The notes beneath the pieces are model-generated. The model was not told the origin of the DNA, searched no databases, and was given only the letters and a program-made list of their open reading frames with translations. Below are positions 12,001 through 23,500 of a stretch of 64,000 nucleotides of DNA, piece by piece. How positions within the stretch are numbered: position 1 is the stretch's first letter; each line of letters starts with the position of its first letter. The position numbers and the translations under genes are program-made. This DNA is from Haliotis rubra (Eukaryota), in the NCBI RefSeq assembly GCF_003918875.1, contig NW_025767479.1, forward strand, positions 1,302,001 through 1,366,000, given 5' to 3'.

Positions 12001-15000
12001 CCTGGGCTCCCTACAGCCCTGGTGGGTGGGTTTAGTTTCATGACGCTTTTGGCAATATTTCATCAATATCACGACATGGCACACCAGAAATGGACCTCAC
12101 ACACAGTATTACTCCCACTCACCTGAGACAGGTGAAGAGGGTAGATATGTCTGCTATCAGTTCAGAGGCTCCCTTGTTCTCGGCACACAGGGCTTGCGTC
12201 TTCTCCAGAGCCTGGACTGTTGGCTTCAGCTCATCCCTGTTGATTGTTTTCCTGCCTCCCTGATGAAGATGGGGAAGACTTTGTGTAATAATAACAATCT
12301 TCATACCATCAACAGTACTGCACAGGTAGTGTACACAAGGTTCCACCATCATCCATGAGTGACCATGGCCACTCTGTGGAGTCTCTATGTGGCTGTGATA
12401 TACATTGTGTAACAATGTTCCAAGTATAAATTGTACATGTGATATTCAGTGAGGGGCAGGGGAATGTTCCAAGTATAATACATTGAACTTGTAATATTCA
12501 CTGAGGTTCAGTGTTGTGCTATAGTTATGGGGCGGCCACATCTTAAGGATATGCACGTAGTTGACCGCAGTCGGTGATGAAGGTAGCAGACCCATATCGG
12601 ACCTTAGTAAACGTAGTTACACGTATTTAAGCGTAGTTCAACGTACATCACCATAGTTATGACCGTACTTTGAACTTCAGCAAACACATGATTTGGCTTT
12701 GGTTAGACCAAAAAATCTTCAACATGTTCATAATATCTCTACAGTTTTCTTGAATGCCAAGACCGTACTGTTACCTTGGTTTGAACGTGGCTGACCCTAG
12801 TTCTCCCTAGTAGATTGTAATTGACCCAACTGCACCGCTGTGTTGACCGTAGTACACCATGGTAACATGGCACTACAATCAAACTACATTAATCACTACG
12901 GTCCAGTAGAACAACAATCAATGTAAGTTGTGACCGCGCCTTTTAAGTGAGTGAGTGGATGTTGCTTTAAGCCACATCAGCAATATTGCAGCTATTCACG
13001 GGTCCTATATTTAGAATTGTGCTATAATTAGACAAAGCTCTGGAATGTACGTCAATCCTATAGGGCTGTTCAGTGACTCAGAACTTTATAGAAAGACCTG
13101 GAATCTTTGTCTCAGGTATATAAGGGCAGTAACTCTTGCCTCTCATCTTACATTACATCTCAAGTTACAAAAAGACCAACATTCATGTTAAGATCATCTT
13201 CACCTCTGATATCTGGGCCATTGTTGCAGCGAGGTGGATATAACCATCATTGTCTTTATTACCATAATCACTGCTCTTGTTATCATACTGCCTCAGAATT
13301 TGAACTGCCACTCCATTTTGTATTGCCTTTGTAGTGATTTGTATGAACTTGTAAACTTAGTAAATGTTAGAATACAATTGTTAATTATATCAGATCGCTT
13401 TGTTGTTTGTCGGTTTCACACCAAGTTCTCTTATGGACTGATTCCCTGTTAACTTTCAGTTTCAACTTAGAAATCACCATGTAGCACTATTTTGAGCACA
13501 TCAAGATACGTCCTAGAGAAGCAAGTGAATCCTCAGAGCAGTGAGATTCCTGCACAATTAACATTTCCAGCCCAACATATGTAAGTGCCTTATAGCCATC
13601 TGCTCTACATTTTACTGGACAACACATTGCCTTGTTTGTTATTGTAATAATGGGATGAGAGGATGAGGGTGTTACCTTCTTGTGAGTATCGATGACGCTA
13701 GCTGCGTATGCCAGGAGGTGGATGTACTTGTGTTTGTGGTCAGGGTTCACTCTTGTACCAGGCTTAAACAATGTGTCAATAAGCAGATCTGAAATTGTCA
13801 CAAAGTAACACTGTCATTCATCATGCACTATGACCATGAAAGTGAAACTTTCACAAAAAACATTGTCCTAGTGCTATGGTTCACTATGTTGTTGAAGACA
13901 GAACAAACATCAGCCTTTGTCTGAAACTACATGAAGTTAATATCAACTTAGTGGGTTACTCAATGTTGCAGTCAGCAGCCATTTACAGCAACCTGGGAAT
14001 AAATCAGTTACATGTGTTTCCATGTCATTTGTTAGGCGGACCAAGTAGTTGTACTTATGATTCCAATAACTTTAAAAAGTAGAAAACCCTATGGTGGACT
14101 ACATTTGAAGGCTTGTGTTGCAATATGGAGCTGTGACATGCAGTAATTTCCTGCTACCTCAGTCATGTTTGAGGAGGACGAACTACTCACCTAGAAAAGC
14201 AGGGACTCGGATGAGTTCAACTGGTGGAGAGTCATGTTCGGAATACATCCTGAATAACTGCAACGATGAAAAAGGAAAGATGCAGATTATAAAGGTGCAG
14301 TTAGGAGTGTTTGAAAATGATTTTATAACACATACTGAATATTAGGTGTTTACAGATTTATTGGTGAGAAACTTTATCCACAAACAATGTCATATTTCAT
14401 CATTTTGTTCTACATTTTACGCTGCAGCCAACAGGATCCCATGCACATCATCCAGCAAATAACTAATACTAGTAACAGAATGAGCAAAATCTTGCACTGT
14501 TTTGATGAGTAATCACCCAAATCACAGAGCCTGATTATCAGATCCTTAGTTGCCCATTATGGCAACCATTAAAATGCCGAGGAAACTATTCAGTGGTGCA
14601 AATAAAGGTAAGGTATGTGCTTGTTACCACGGAGATGTCTGCTGGGTTCAGTGCCTGCCTGGACAACATGGAAGACAGAGCTTGGCAGGCTCGGGGGTAG
14701 GTGGCGGCGCCACTCAGGGCCATCGTGATGGGTGTCACATCAAGACCTCTACAACATCAAGCAAGACTCAGAACTCTGAACTGACATTTGAGGAAGGGAA
14801 GTAACTCTTCTAATGCCCTGTTTTCTCCATCTTATATAATTTTATACATCATGTTATAAGCCCACAATCATCTTAATGAATCTCTTGTAACCAGTAATGT
14901 AAAGTAATTGCAAACATAGCATAACAATGATCAAGTTGCTGCAAACATACTTCTCACTGGCACACTTCTGGAGCTCCTGGCACAGTCGCCGGATGTTGGA

Positions 15001-18000
15001 GCCGCCCTTGAGTTCCTGAGACAAGATGTGCATCAGCACCTGACTGTACAGGTATGTGTGCTCTCCATGACACACCATTTTCTGAAAAATTAACCAAAGA
15101 TGTACCTATTATTCCAAAGTGACCTTGTATAAAACTCAATTATGACCTTTGATTTTGAAAGCTAATTGGATGACATCAGAAAGGAGGCAAATAACTGCAC
15201 AAAAGCAAGTCATCCTCAAACATTGTCAGTTGGTCGTTTGTAATGAAGTGTTACAATACATTTTATATGTAAACTAAGAGTATACTTCAAATGTTAAAGT
15301 GATGATAGGGTACCCTAGTGGTTAAAGCGTTCACTTGTCCCACTGATGATCAGGGTTTGATTCCCATTTTTGGTGTTCCCTGCCATGATATTGCTGGAAT
15401 ATTGCTAAAAGTGGCATAAAACTAAACCCACAAACTCAAAGACAACGTTCTTAAAACAGAATGTTTAAATTGTTTCAATTTTCAAGCATTCTTTACTCAA
15501 CCGACCTTGGACTGACTGACTGACTGACTGAGTTTAGTTTTACGCCGCTTTTAGCAATATTCCAGCAATATCACGTCGGGGGACACCAGAAATGGGCTTA
15601 ACACATTGTGCCCATGTGGGGAATCAAACCTGGATCCTCGGCGTGACGAGCCAACGCTTTAACCACTAGGCTACCCCACCGGCCCAACCGACCTTGGAAA
15701 ATATACCTGTCATGCTAACACACAGTACTAATGCATGCATAAACACACTATCTGAATACAGAGATGGCCAAACCTTCACAACAAACACATATACTCTCAT
15801 GTTAAAGTGAGTTGTTACGAAGTAACCGATATATAGCTGGAATATTGCTGAGTGCGGCGTAAAACTAAACTCACTCACTACTAAGTAGCCATGGCAACAT
15901 CTTGACTATCTTACTGTGAACTCTGGCAGATTCTTCTCCAAGCCATCCTCCCCAGCCTCGACAAAGCTGGATATAGATGTTCTCAACACTCTCGAGAACA
16001 CCTCAATTTGATGGCATGCTGTTGACACACTGGTTATCTCCCCTTGGAAACCAGCATCAGATATCAACTGAAAGAGACATGACTTAACAAATAAAATCTA
16101 CATTCGACAAAAATGGCCAACAGGCTAAATATAATTGAGAAAAAGAGGAAAATGTAAAAACTCATGGACATTCACTTATACTCCAAAATGTAGCAACACT
16201 AAATTAAAAAGTAATTGAGTAAAATGCATCAAATGGACATTTTAGAGGTTTCAGGTATTATTCCACTAAAGAACATCATCTTTGATCTTAGGCTGATTTC
16301 CTTGACAGATCTAGAACATACACCATACAAACATAGAGTAAAACTTTCATCTTGAGCCATAGACATGGTCATAGTGAGCTTTATAACTCATCTCAGTTAT
16401 AATTATATTTCTGGCAGTGTCAGAAGCCTAAAACAATAACGTCTTGTAAGCTTTATAAGGAAAATATCAGTTTTCAGCCATTTAAATATTTTCTTATCAA
16501 TTTTCTGTTTTCTTTGAACATATAATCTGACATGGTCAATGAGCCAAAAAGGGACATAACTCTTATTTAGTGTGCTGGCACTGTTACTGGAGGGCAAGAT
16601 GAAACAATCTCTATAATTAAAGAAAAACAAGATTTCAGAAGACAAAATATTGAAATCAAATGCCAGTATGAGATTTTCATGTCTGAAGTAGACGTATGAA
16701 AGCATGTCATCAAAATAAACTTCCAACAAACAAGATTTGACAACATGTCTGCTGATATCCTGTGACTGAATGACCTGCCTTGATCGTGAAGTTGAGCATG
16801 AGGCAGTCTGGGTATTCTTCAGCAAGCTTGTAGAACAAGGATCGCCATGTCGGGTATTCTATCATCTCGGCCAGCCAAGATGGGGTCTAGAGGAACACAG
16901 ACATGAATAGGAAACAACACAGTTCATCTAACATGTCAACAGCTGTAGGGTTACTTTAATGGGGGTAAAAATGATAGCTCTCAACTTTTGAGAAAGCTGA
17001 CTAAATGAAAACTGTAAGGTTTGGGAGCTTTAAGCATTGTTAAGTACCACAAAGTGATGACTTAACAAGGATAACATATTTCATGTACACAATTTCTATA
17101 CAACCTCTGAATGTCAAACCTACGACATTCTAAAATAGATTTCTAAAATTAACAAGAACATAAAATGACAATAAAATGAAACAAAAACATGATAATATAC
17201 CTCCTTCAGATTTTATAAAGTCTCATCCAAAGTTTGTTAATCTGACACATGGCAACAGCTGTAGTACTCACCTCACCCTCTTGGGTGAAAATGGAATCTG
17301 CCTTCTTTGGATCAAAGTGTTTGATAATCATCAGCTTCAGATGACTTTCTACCAATTCTTGAACTTCATTTATGCCAACACCTGCAATTGTGGTATCAGA
17401 GATATTACAAAGGTGACAGTACAGCAGGGATGCAAATATCAGTTTGTCTAAGACGTACGTGTTAAAGCTATCCAAGAGTTAGCAAAATCTCAGTGTTTAT
17501 AGTCGGGTTTCCATGTATGTTACCATGATTCAGGCCAAGTCATGTTTCGTCCTTGTATAATACTAATATCAGCTACAACATCCAAATAGGCTACTTATAC
17601 TATTTTGAACAAGATACCTATTTTTCCAAAGCTGCCTGTTAGGGCACTTAGTTTGAAATCCTAGATAAATTCCTAGTTTTACAACCAAGCAACAGTTTTG
17701 AACGTAAACAGCATTGATTCATGTGGTCCGATGAGCACTGCATCTATACCCAGCAATTTTAGACCATGATAGAACAACCACTATCGTCTCCTGTCCGATG
17801 TATGGTCAGTTTTAGAAAATTATCCTGATAACAGCATCTTCTTTCATCATGATAATTCCACAGTCATCAGCAGAGGAATTTATCAGGGCTAACCGCTTCA
17901 CTTAGTACCGCAGAGCGCACCCATCTCGCAAACAAGACACGGTAGGCCATCTCACGTACACGTTACGTCTCTGACTGGTCATACAATGAAAGTGTAAAAT

Positions 18001-19994
18001 ATTAGATATATTGTAGGCCTTCAACCTCTTTTTGCTGACACAATGTGCCTAGGCGTCAGAATTTTATCGTAAAACAGCACCTCAATGGGGATTTCAGTTA
18101 GAAGAGGTCCCCTGCAACCAATGCTTGTCATAAGTATAACTCAACAGATCCAGTATCAGGCTTAGTGACTTGGTTAATGGTGTGGCATTGTACTCCAGTC
18201 CCGTTGGATGTTGATCATGATATCAATCACTGTATTTTGGTCCTAACTCAATTAATGCAGGATGCTATCACTCTGCTGAATGCAGCATTTAACATGTTTA
18301 AAGGAAATAATTTGTCTCATGTTAAAAGTGACAGCACCACTTTCACAAAGGACTGACCTGCTTGTATAAGCCAGTCTGCCAAAACATTGACAGTCTGAGC
18401 TATTGCTAAGTAGTTGTCTGACAACAGTTCCACAACCCTCTCTGGAGAACCACCTGCTTGCAAAAATCTGTCAACAAGAATTTTTAAATCATCTTGACAA
18501 TGTGCATCCTGTGTATATGTAATGTCGATATTTCCACATCTGAGCACAAATTCAAAAGCAGCATGCAGTTGATACAAAAAGAAAGAATGATAAACCTGCA
18601 AAACATTAATCAGGAAACAGACATTGGGAAAATGTCAATACAGCTTTTAAGCCAAGTTGTTTACAATGCTATGGAGAATCTTTATTGTCTCTTTATCCTT
18701 TTAAGTTAGACATTCAGAGTATTTAGCCACATGCAGTAACTTAATGATTTGCCAAATTCCACCAATGGGCCACACAACTGGAAATGTGGTCCTACAACAA
18801 TATATCCTTTTGAAGCATTGTTTAATAGATTGTTTTGACTTTATCTTTAAAGACATATTGAATTGTCCCTTAAAGAGAGCTGTCGGCATCTTGCATACAT
18901 TTTAAAATTAGACCTTTATTAGAACTTCCAGGTCTGTGTTTCAACTTGTACACGACCCAGGTTAGAATCAATATTTAGTAACCCATGCTTGGTGTAAAAG
19001 GCGACTAACAGGTTCTAATGGGACTTGGTTGACACATGTACCTAAATTGCGTAGTCAATGCTCATGCTGTTGATCACTGGATTGTTTGGTCAGAGACTTG
19101 ATTATTTACAGACCGCCGCCATATAGCTGGAATATTGCTGAGTGTGGCTTAAAACTAAACTCACTCACTCACTTAACTTGTACACATACCTTTTGAGCAC
19201 TGTGAAAATATTGGGCTCCATAATGTAGTCCTTGCTACTAAAAGATTCAAGACAATCTTTCTTTGTGGCTTGTCTCTCTTCCTCGTCATCCTCCATGAAG
19301 GGATCCATCTCAGGTGACTACAGGACAAATAATGTGTGAATGCTAACCACAAGAAATAATAATTTGTATTAAATTGTAACAGAATGTATGCATTTAGGGA
19401 ACACATGTAATAATTGGATATCTGTGATGATCAAAATATAACTTCAGGTGAAAATTGTTGCTGAAGTCACTCGGAGATTGGTATCTACATGATCTGTAGA
19501 ATACTGTTGATACATGATATTCAATACATGAGTATTTATTGAACACCTCTGTTATTTAGTTCACTTCATTGATGTATCATTTTATCATTTCGACTTATAC
19601 ATTTTCTTACGTGACCCCTTACTCACAGAAAAGCATAAAACAAGCATGATCATCATGACATACCGACTAAAACAAAGTGAACGCAAATAAATAATGATGA
19701 TTATGAAGAAAAATAATTATGATAGACATGATGAAAATCCTTCATAAGCATAATCATGATAACAAGTCAAACAGTCTGTAGTCATGGGGTGCCGCTGATA
19801 AGTGAGACTGGACGCAGGATTCAAGGAAGAGTAAATTTTCAGTCGTGTTGCAACAAGGATCAATCATACAGCCGGCACGTTTCATTTTATTCATTATTTG
19901 TGTTTAGACGAGATAAAGAAAATTCATTTATCAACAATACCCCAACATCGTCCTCTGACATTCCCTCGACATGGTCCTCTTCGTAATCAGACAT
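9076..19994 (-). CDS. NELFCD: Negative elongation factor C/D (TH1-like), 16 coding exons, 575 aa
   Basis: Exons 19941-19994, 19190-19317, 18358-18467, 17272-17381, 16779-16886, 15915-16067, 14951-15081, 14628-14748, 14191-14257, 13676-13788, 12123-12259, 11561-11675, 11333-11428, 10815-10955, 9754-9883, 9076-9089 join in phase (1728 nt). Motifs recognised from NELF-C/D: [76 protein letters not shown]. Confidence 0.96.
9162..9580. mobile_element. hAT-like MITE
   Basis: Terminus CAGCCCTA; 8-bp TSD GTACTGAG at 9154-9161 and 9581-9588. Confidence 0.8.
9754..9883 (-). CDS. NELFCD: NELFCD exon 15
   Basis: [43 protein letters not shown] |GTAAGT. Confidence 0.95.
10077..10434. mobile_element. MITE with ~55-bp TIRs, flanked by TA
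   Basis: TAGTCCATTTGACTTCATTTTAGACC... / ...GGTCTAAAATGAAGTCAAACGGACTA. Confidence 0.8.
10815..10955 (-). CDS. NELFCD: NELFCD exon 14
   Basis: [47 protein letters not shown]. Confidence 0.95.
11333..11428 (-). CDS. NELFCD: NELFCD exon 13
   Basis: [32 protein letters not shown]. Confidence 0.93.
11561..11675 (-). CDS. NELFCD: NELFCD exon 12
   Basis: [38 protein letters not shown]. Confidence 0.94.
12123..12259 (-). CDS. NELFCD: NELFCD exon 11
   Basis: [45 protein letters not shown]. Confidence 0.94.
12529..12940. mobile_element. MITE, PIF/Harbinger-like (tentative)
   Basis: Imperfect TIR GGGGCGGCCACATCTTA / TAAGTTGTGACCGCGCC; many short internal gtagtt repeats. Confidence 0.55.
13676..13788 (-). 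CDS. NELFCD: NELFCD exon 10
   Basis: [38 protein letters not shown]. Confidence 0.95.
14191..14257 (-). CDS. NELFCD: NELFCD exon 9
   Basis: [22 protein letters not shown] |GTGAGT. Confidence 0.93.
14628..14748 (-). CDS. NELFCD: NELFCD exon 8
   Basis: [40 protein letters not shown]. Confidence 0.95.
14951..15081 (-). CDS. NELFCD: NELFCD exon 7
   Basis: [43 protein letters not shown]. Confidence 0.95.
15512..15685 (-). mobile_element. SINE family A, full length
   Basis: TSD CAACCGACCTTGGA on both sides. Confidence 0.88.
15915..16067 (-). CDS. NELFCD: NELFCD exon 6
   Basis: [31 protein letters not shown]...NLPEFT |GTAAGA. Confidence 0.95.
16779..16886 (-). CDS. NELFCD: NELFCD exon 5 (GC donor)
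   Basis: [36 protein letters not shown] then AAG|GCAGGT. Confidence 0.92.
17272..17381 (-). CDS. NELFCD: NELFCD exon 4
   Basis: [37 protein letters not shown] |GTGAGT. Confidence 0.95.
18358..18467 (-). CDS. NELFCD: NELFCD exon 3
   Basis: [40 protein letters not shown] bounded. Confidence 0.95.
19190..19317 (-). CDS. NELFCD: NELFCD exon 2
   Basis: TAG| SPEMDPF...[14 protein letters not shown] |GTATGT. Confidence 0.92.
19941..19994 (-). CDS. NELFCD: NELFCD exon 1 ([18 protein letters not shown])
   Basis: ATG at 19994, acidic N-terminus, donor GGG|GTATTG, phase 0 fits exon 2. Confidence 0.8.
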
Positions 19995-20434
19995 CTTTTA
20001 GTGGAATGAGATGCGCTTAACTCATACAGTAGCGTTTGAAATCCTGCAGGGAGTAATTTTTTAAGAATACGCGGCCATGACAGATTGAGAAACTTCTAAA
20101 TTTTGGATTTACCCGGATACAACATAAAATCCGAATCGGCATCTGAAGCGGACATGGAGATATTTACACCTATCAAAATCAGGTTTCGTAGTACATATGC
20201 ATGAATAAAACATGCAGATGCTGGAAAATTAATAAAAGCGTACATATGAGAATAGATGTTTGCTTTTTGAAAGGTCATCCATGCTTTAGATCCAACCCAA
20301 GACCTCAACCAAATACGCCCAGCTTATTTCCGAGCTTCCCGAAGACCCCAAACGAATAAGCGTATCCTAGCCGACATGTGGGACAGCCAGCGATAGCATC
20401 AACACTGAGATGTAAATAAAGAACGTCAAAGATC
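19995..20434. promoter_or_regulatory. Putative bidirectional promoter shared by NELFCD and TANGO6
   Basis: 440 bp between divergent start codons; no recognisable repeat; more CpG than the flanking introns; several CGGAA/TTCCG (ETS-like) cores. Confidence 0.7.
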
Positions 20435-20522
20435 ATGTCATCCTCCTCAAATCAAAGCCCAAAGCTCATTTTAGAGGCTCTTCGTATTTTGACAACCCCG
20501 GAAAGACAAAGTCATACAGATT
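20435..20522 (+). CDS. TANGO6: TANGO6 exon 1
   Basis: MSSSSNQSPKLILEALRILTTPERQSHTD, donor T|GTAAGT, phase 1 fits exon 2. Confidence 0.8.
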
Positions 20523-23500
20523 GTAAGTACAAAACCTGAGAGACGTAATCACTGGGCCTAACTGAAAATATGATTATTGTAGACTGCGTGTTACAATATG
20601 AAGTTTGTTTATTTGAGTTGTGTATTGATCGAATGGAAAGACAAGGTTACAAAATTCGTTTTCTTTATAGTAATTGATAACTTGTCATGTATCTTTGTTG
20701 ACGTGAGTTAAAATTGTTAAAGGGCTTGAGCAGGTTATGAAATGAATACGTTTTTATATTTTTGCTACCATTTTCAATTAAGAGGAAAATATATCAAATG
20801 GTAAACTGGTTATTTTGGGGTATTAACAGCAATGACTAAATGTTATTGACTCCTACTGGCAGCCAGTTATATGTCATCTCCCCTCAAAATAATCAACGGT
20901 ATCATGGGAGATTAGGTTTTCGGACATCATACGGTTTTGGTTGGTTGGTTGTTTATTGCTGCACTCAGCAATATTCCGGCTATATGGCGGTGGTCTGTAA
21001 ATAATCGAGTCTCGACTAGACAATCCAGTGATCAACAGCATGAGCATCGATCTATGCAATTTGGATAAGATGACATTTGTCAACCAAGTCAGCAAGCCTT
21101 AGACCACCCAATCTCATTTGTTGCCCTTTACGACAAGCATCAGTGGTAAAGGGCTGTAGACATATTCTAATTTATGTCTTCACGGGTTCATACGTTTTTG
21201 GATGGCAGTGCATACTTGGGCTATAACAAAGAATGTTGTGTCACACAGACATCGTAAATTCTTGAATCATGGCTTGTGTTTAGAATAAAGTTATCTGTCA
21301 TAAGTGAAGTGATTTATAGTCATTCATGTGATTAGAAAGGCACCAACAAATGTTATATGTCTAAAACTCTTAGTTCGAAGATATGTGATTGAAATGTGCA
21401 TGTTGAAGGGAATGATTGTTCTAAACAATAGAAGTATCTTTTTCAGCTGCTTCATCTGATGGAGAAAGCCAATTTGACCACCTGCTCCGAACTAAACTCC
21501 AGTCAATCAACGGAAGTCTGCAATCTGACACATTCTCCAACCTGCCATGTTTGTCGGTCCTACAGACTCAGACAACTGTGTCAGACACCGACAAGTCAGA
21601 TGTCCGATGGAAGTACACGTCTGTGTGTCTTCATTTACTGCTTCTGCTGCAGAAACATCTGATTCAGGCTTCCAGAGATTTCCAGGAGGAGATGAAGAAG
21701 AACCCCCCTTCCATGAAGACGCCACACCAAGTTCCTCCACTTTCTCCTGATGTCCTCAGTATTGAACAGGAGAAGACAGTCTTGACCACTCTGCAGTTCA
21801 CTGTTTGTCTTGGAATTTGCCCAAATGTTGATAAAGGTGTTGGAATTCCTGTAGAGAGGAGATCTGGATTTGGGAAGCTTCTCACTGGCAGTAAATTAAA
21901 GGAAGTATCGCGAGAAGAACGTTATGCTAGGCTAGGATTGTGTGGACGGATTTTTTCAGCCTGTCTGAATGTTCCGTCTCTATCAGCTTTAATTCTTTCA
22001 CGGCATCTCTGTGATTTTTTAGCCATTCTTCTCCAGTTGAACCACTGCCCAGGGATAGATGGTGGTCAAACGAGTAATGTAAATCCTGCTTCAGGTTCCA
22101 AAAATCAGACTGTTGAAGGGAATCTGAAGGACAATACTATCAGTTGTCCACCAAACAGGACTGTGGGTGAATTAGGAGATTTAGCAGATTCAAGTACACA
22201 CATCAACCCAAAGGTTTTCAACTCTCAGGATCCCCATCCATGCTCTGTAGATTCATCATTAGTGACAGGAGACACAGCTGAGGTAAATAAAAACAATGTT
22301 CAGGTTCAAATGATAAGTCAAATACTGTGGCTGGTAGCTGTCAGGAAACTGTACATCAGGAGGATGAATATCTCAGTATGTTAATGGGTGAGTTGAGTGT
22401 TGTGGAGACAGAGCAGGAGTTTGCTGAGGCCGCTCTACAGAAGCTGATGACGAGGATCAGTCCTGCGATGCTCGTGAGAGACTTGATGATGCTGCAAGGG
22501 GCAGCCAAACCCAAGACAGGTGGAAAGGTAAGTATAAGTAAAACAGGTACAGGTGTCAAAGTCGTCATGGTGTTCATCGATAAGAATTGCAATAGTTGTG
22601 AGCCAATATGATATTTATCTCTTTACTTACTTTGCATTATTGCCTAGGATCACGATGGGCTTGCACCACACCATGCAGTCAGCTGATTTGCTGTGATATC
22701 GCTGAAATACTCTTCACGACTCACCCAAGCTCTCATCCATTCATTGATGAATATTAAGCATCTCCACCATTCTACAACAAGGAGAACTAATTGTAGAATG
22801 CCTTTAGTATTGTGTAATTTTAATTTGGTTTAACATGTAATTTTTTGTGACAGTCTAAAGATAAGGGTAAGCAGCTGCCTGTGTCTCCCCCGTGGCTGAG
22901 ACAAGTGTGTGGTCGACTGATGACGGACATCTTGATGCGTCCCAAGGGTCTTCTGCATGTGCTGCAGGGTATGCTTCCCCCAGGACCAGGTGAGACGTTA
23001 CAGACTCTAGTATTATTTTCCAGTTCAACTTGAAGTGTTAAAAGACAGTTGATCTCCTAACCTATTATTAGGTTGTTGGGGGGATATAGAAATGAGTTCC
23101 GTCCATCCATGTGTCCGTCACACTTTGTCCGAAGCATATCTCCTAAACTATTCATGATAGCTTAACCAAACTCCGTACACATGTCAACCATGAACCCTAG
23201 ATATGCCTTTTGGGGGTTAGACCCAGATATGAATTTTATTTTTTGCTGTTTCCATGGAAACATGACTTAGGCTGTGACTATGAGGATGTCATCTTGTCCG
23301 AGCAGATCTTCCAAACTATACGTGCTAGCTTCATCAAACTTGGTACATATGTCAAGCATGATCCATAGATGTGCCATTTGATGGTTAGACCCAGATATTA
23401 ATTTTATTTTTGCTGTTTCCATGGAAACATCACTTAGGCTGTGACTATGAGGATGTCATCTTGTTGCATTTCCATGGCAACAAGATCAGATCTTAAAAAC

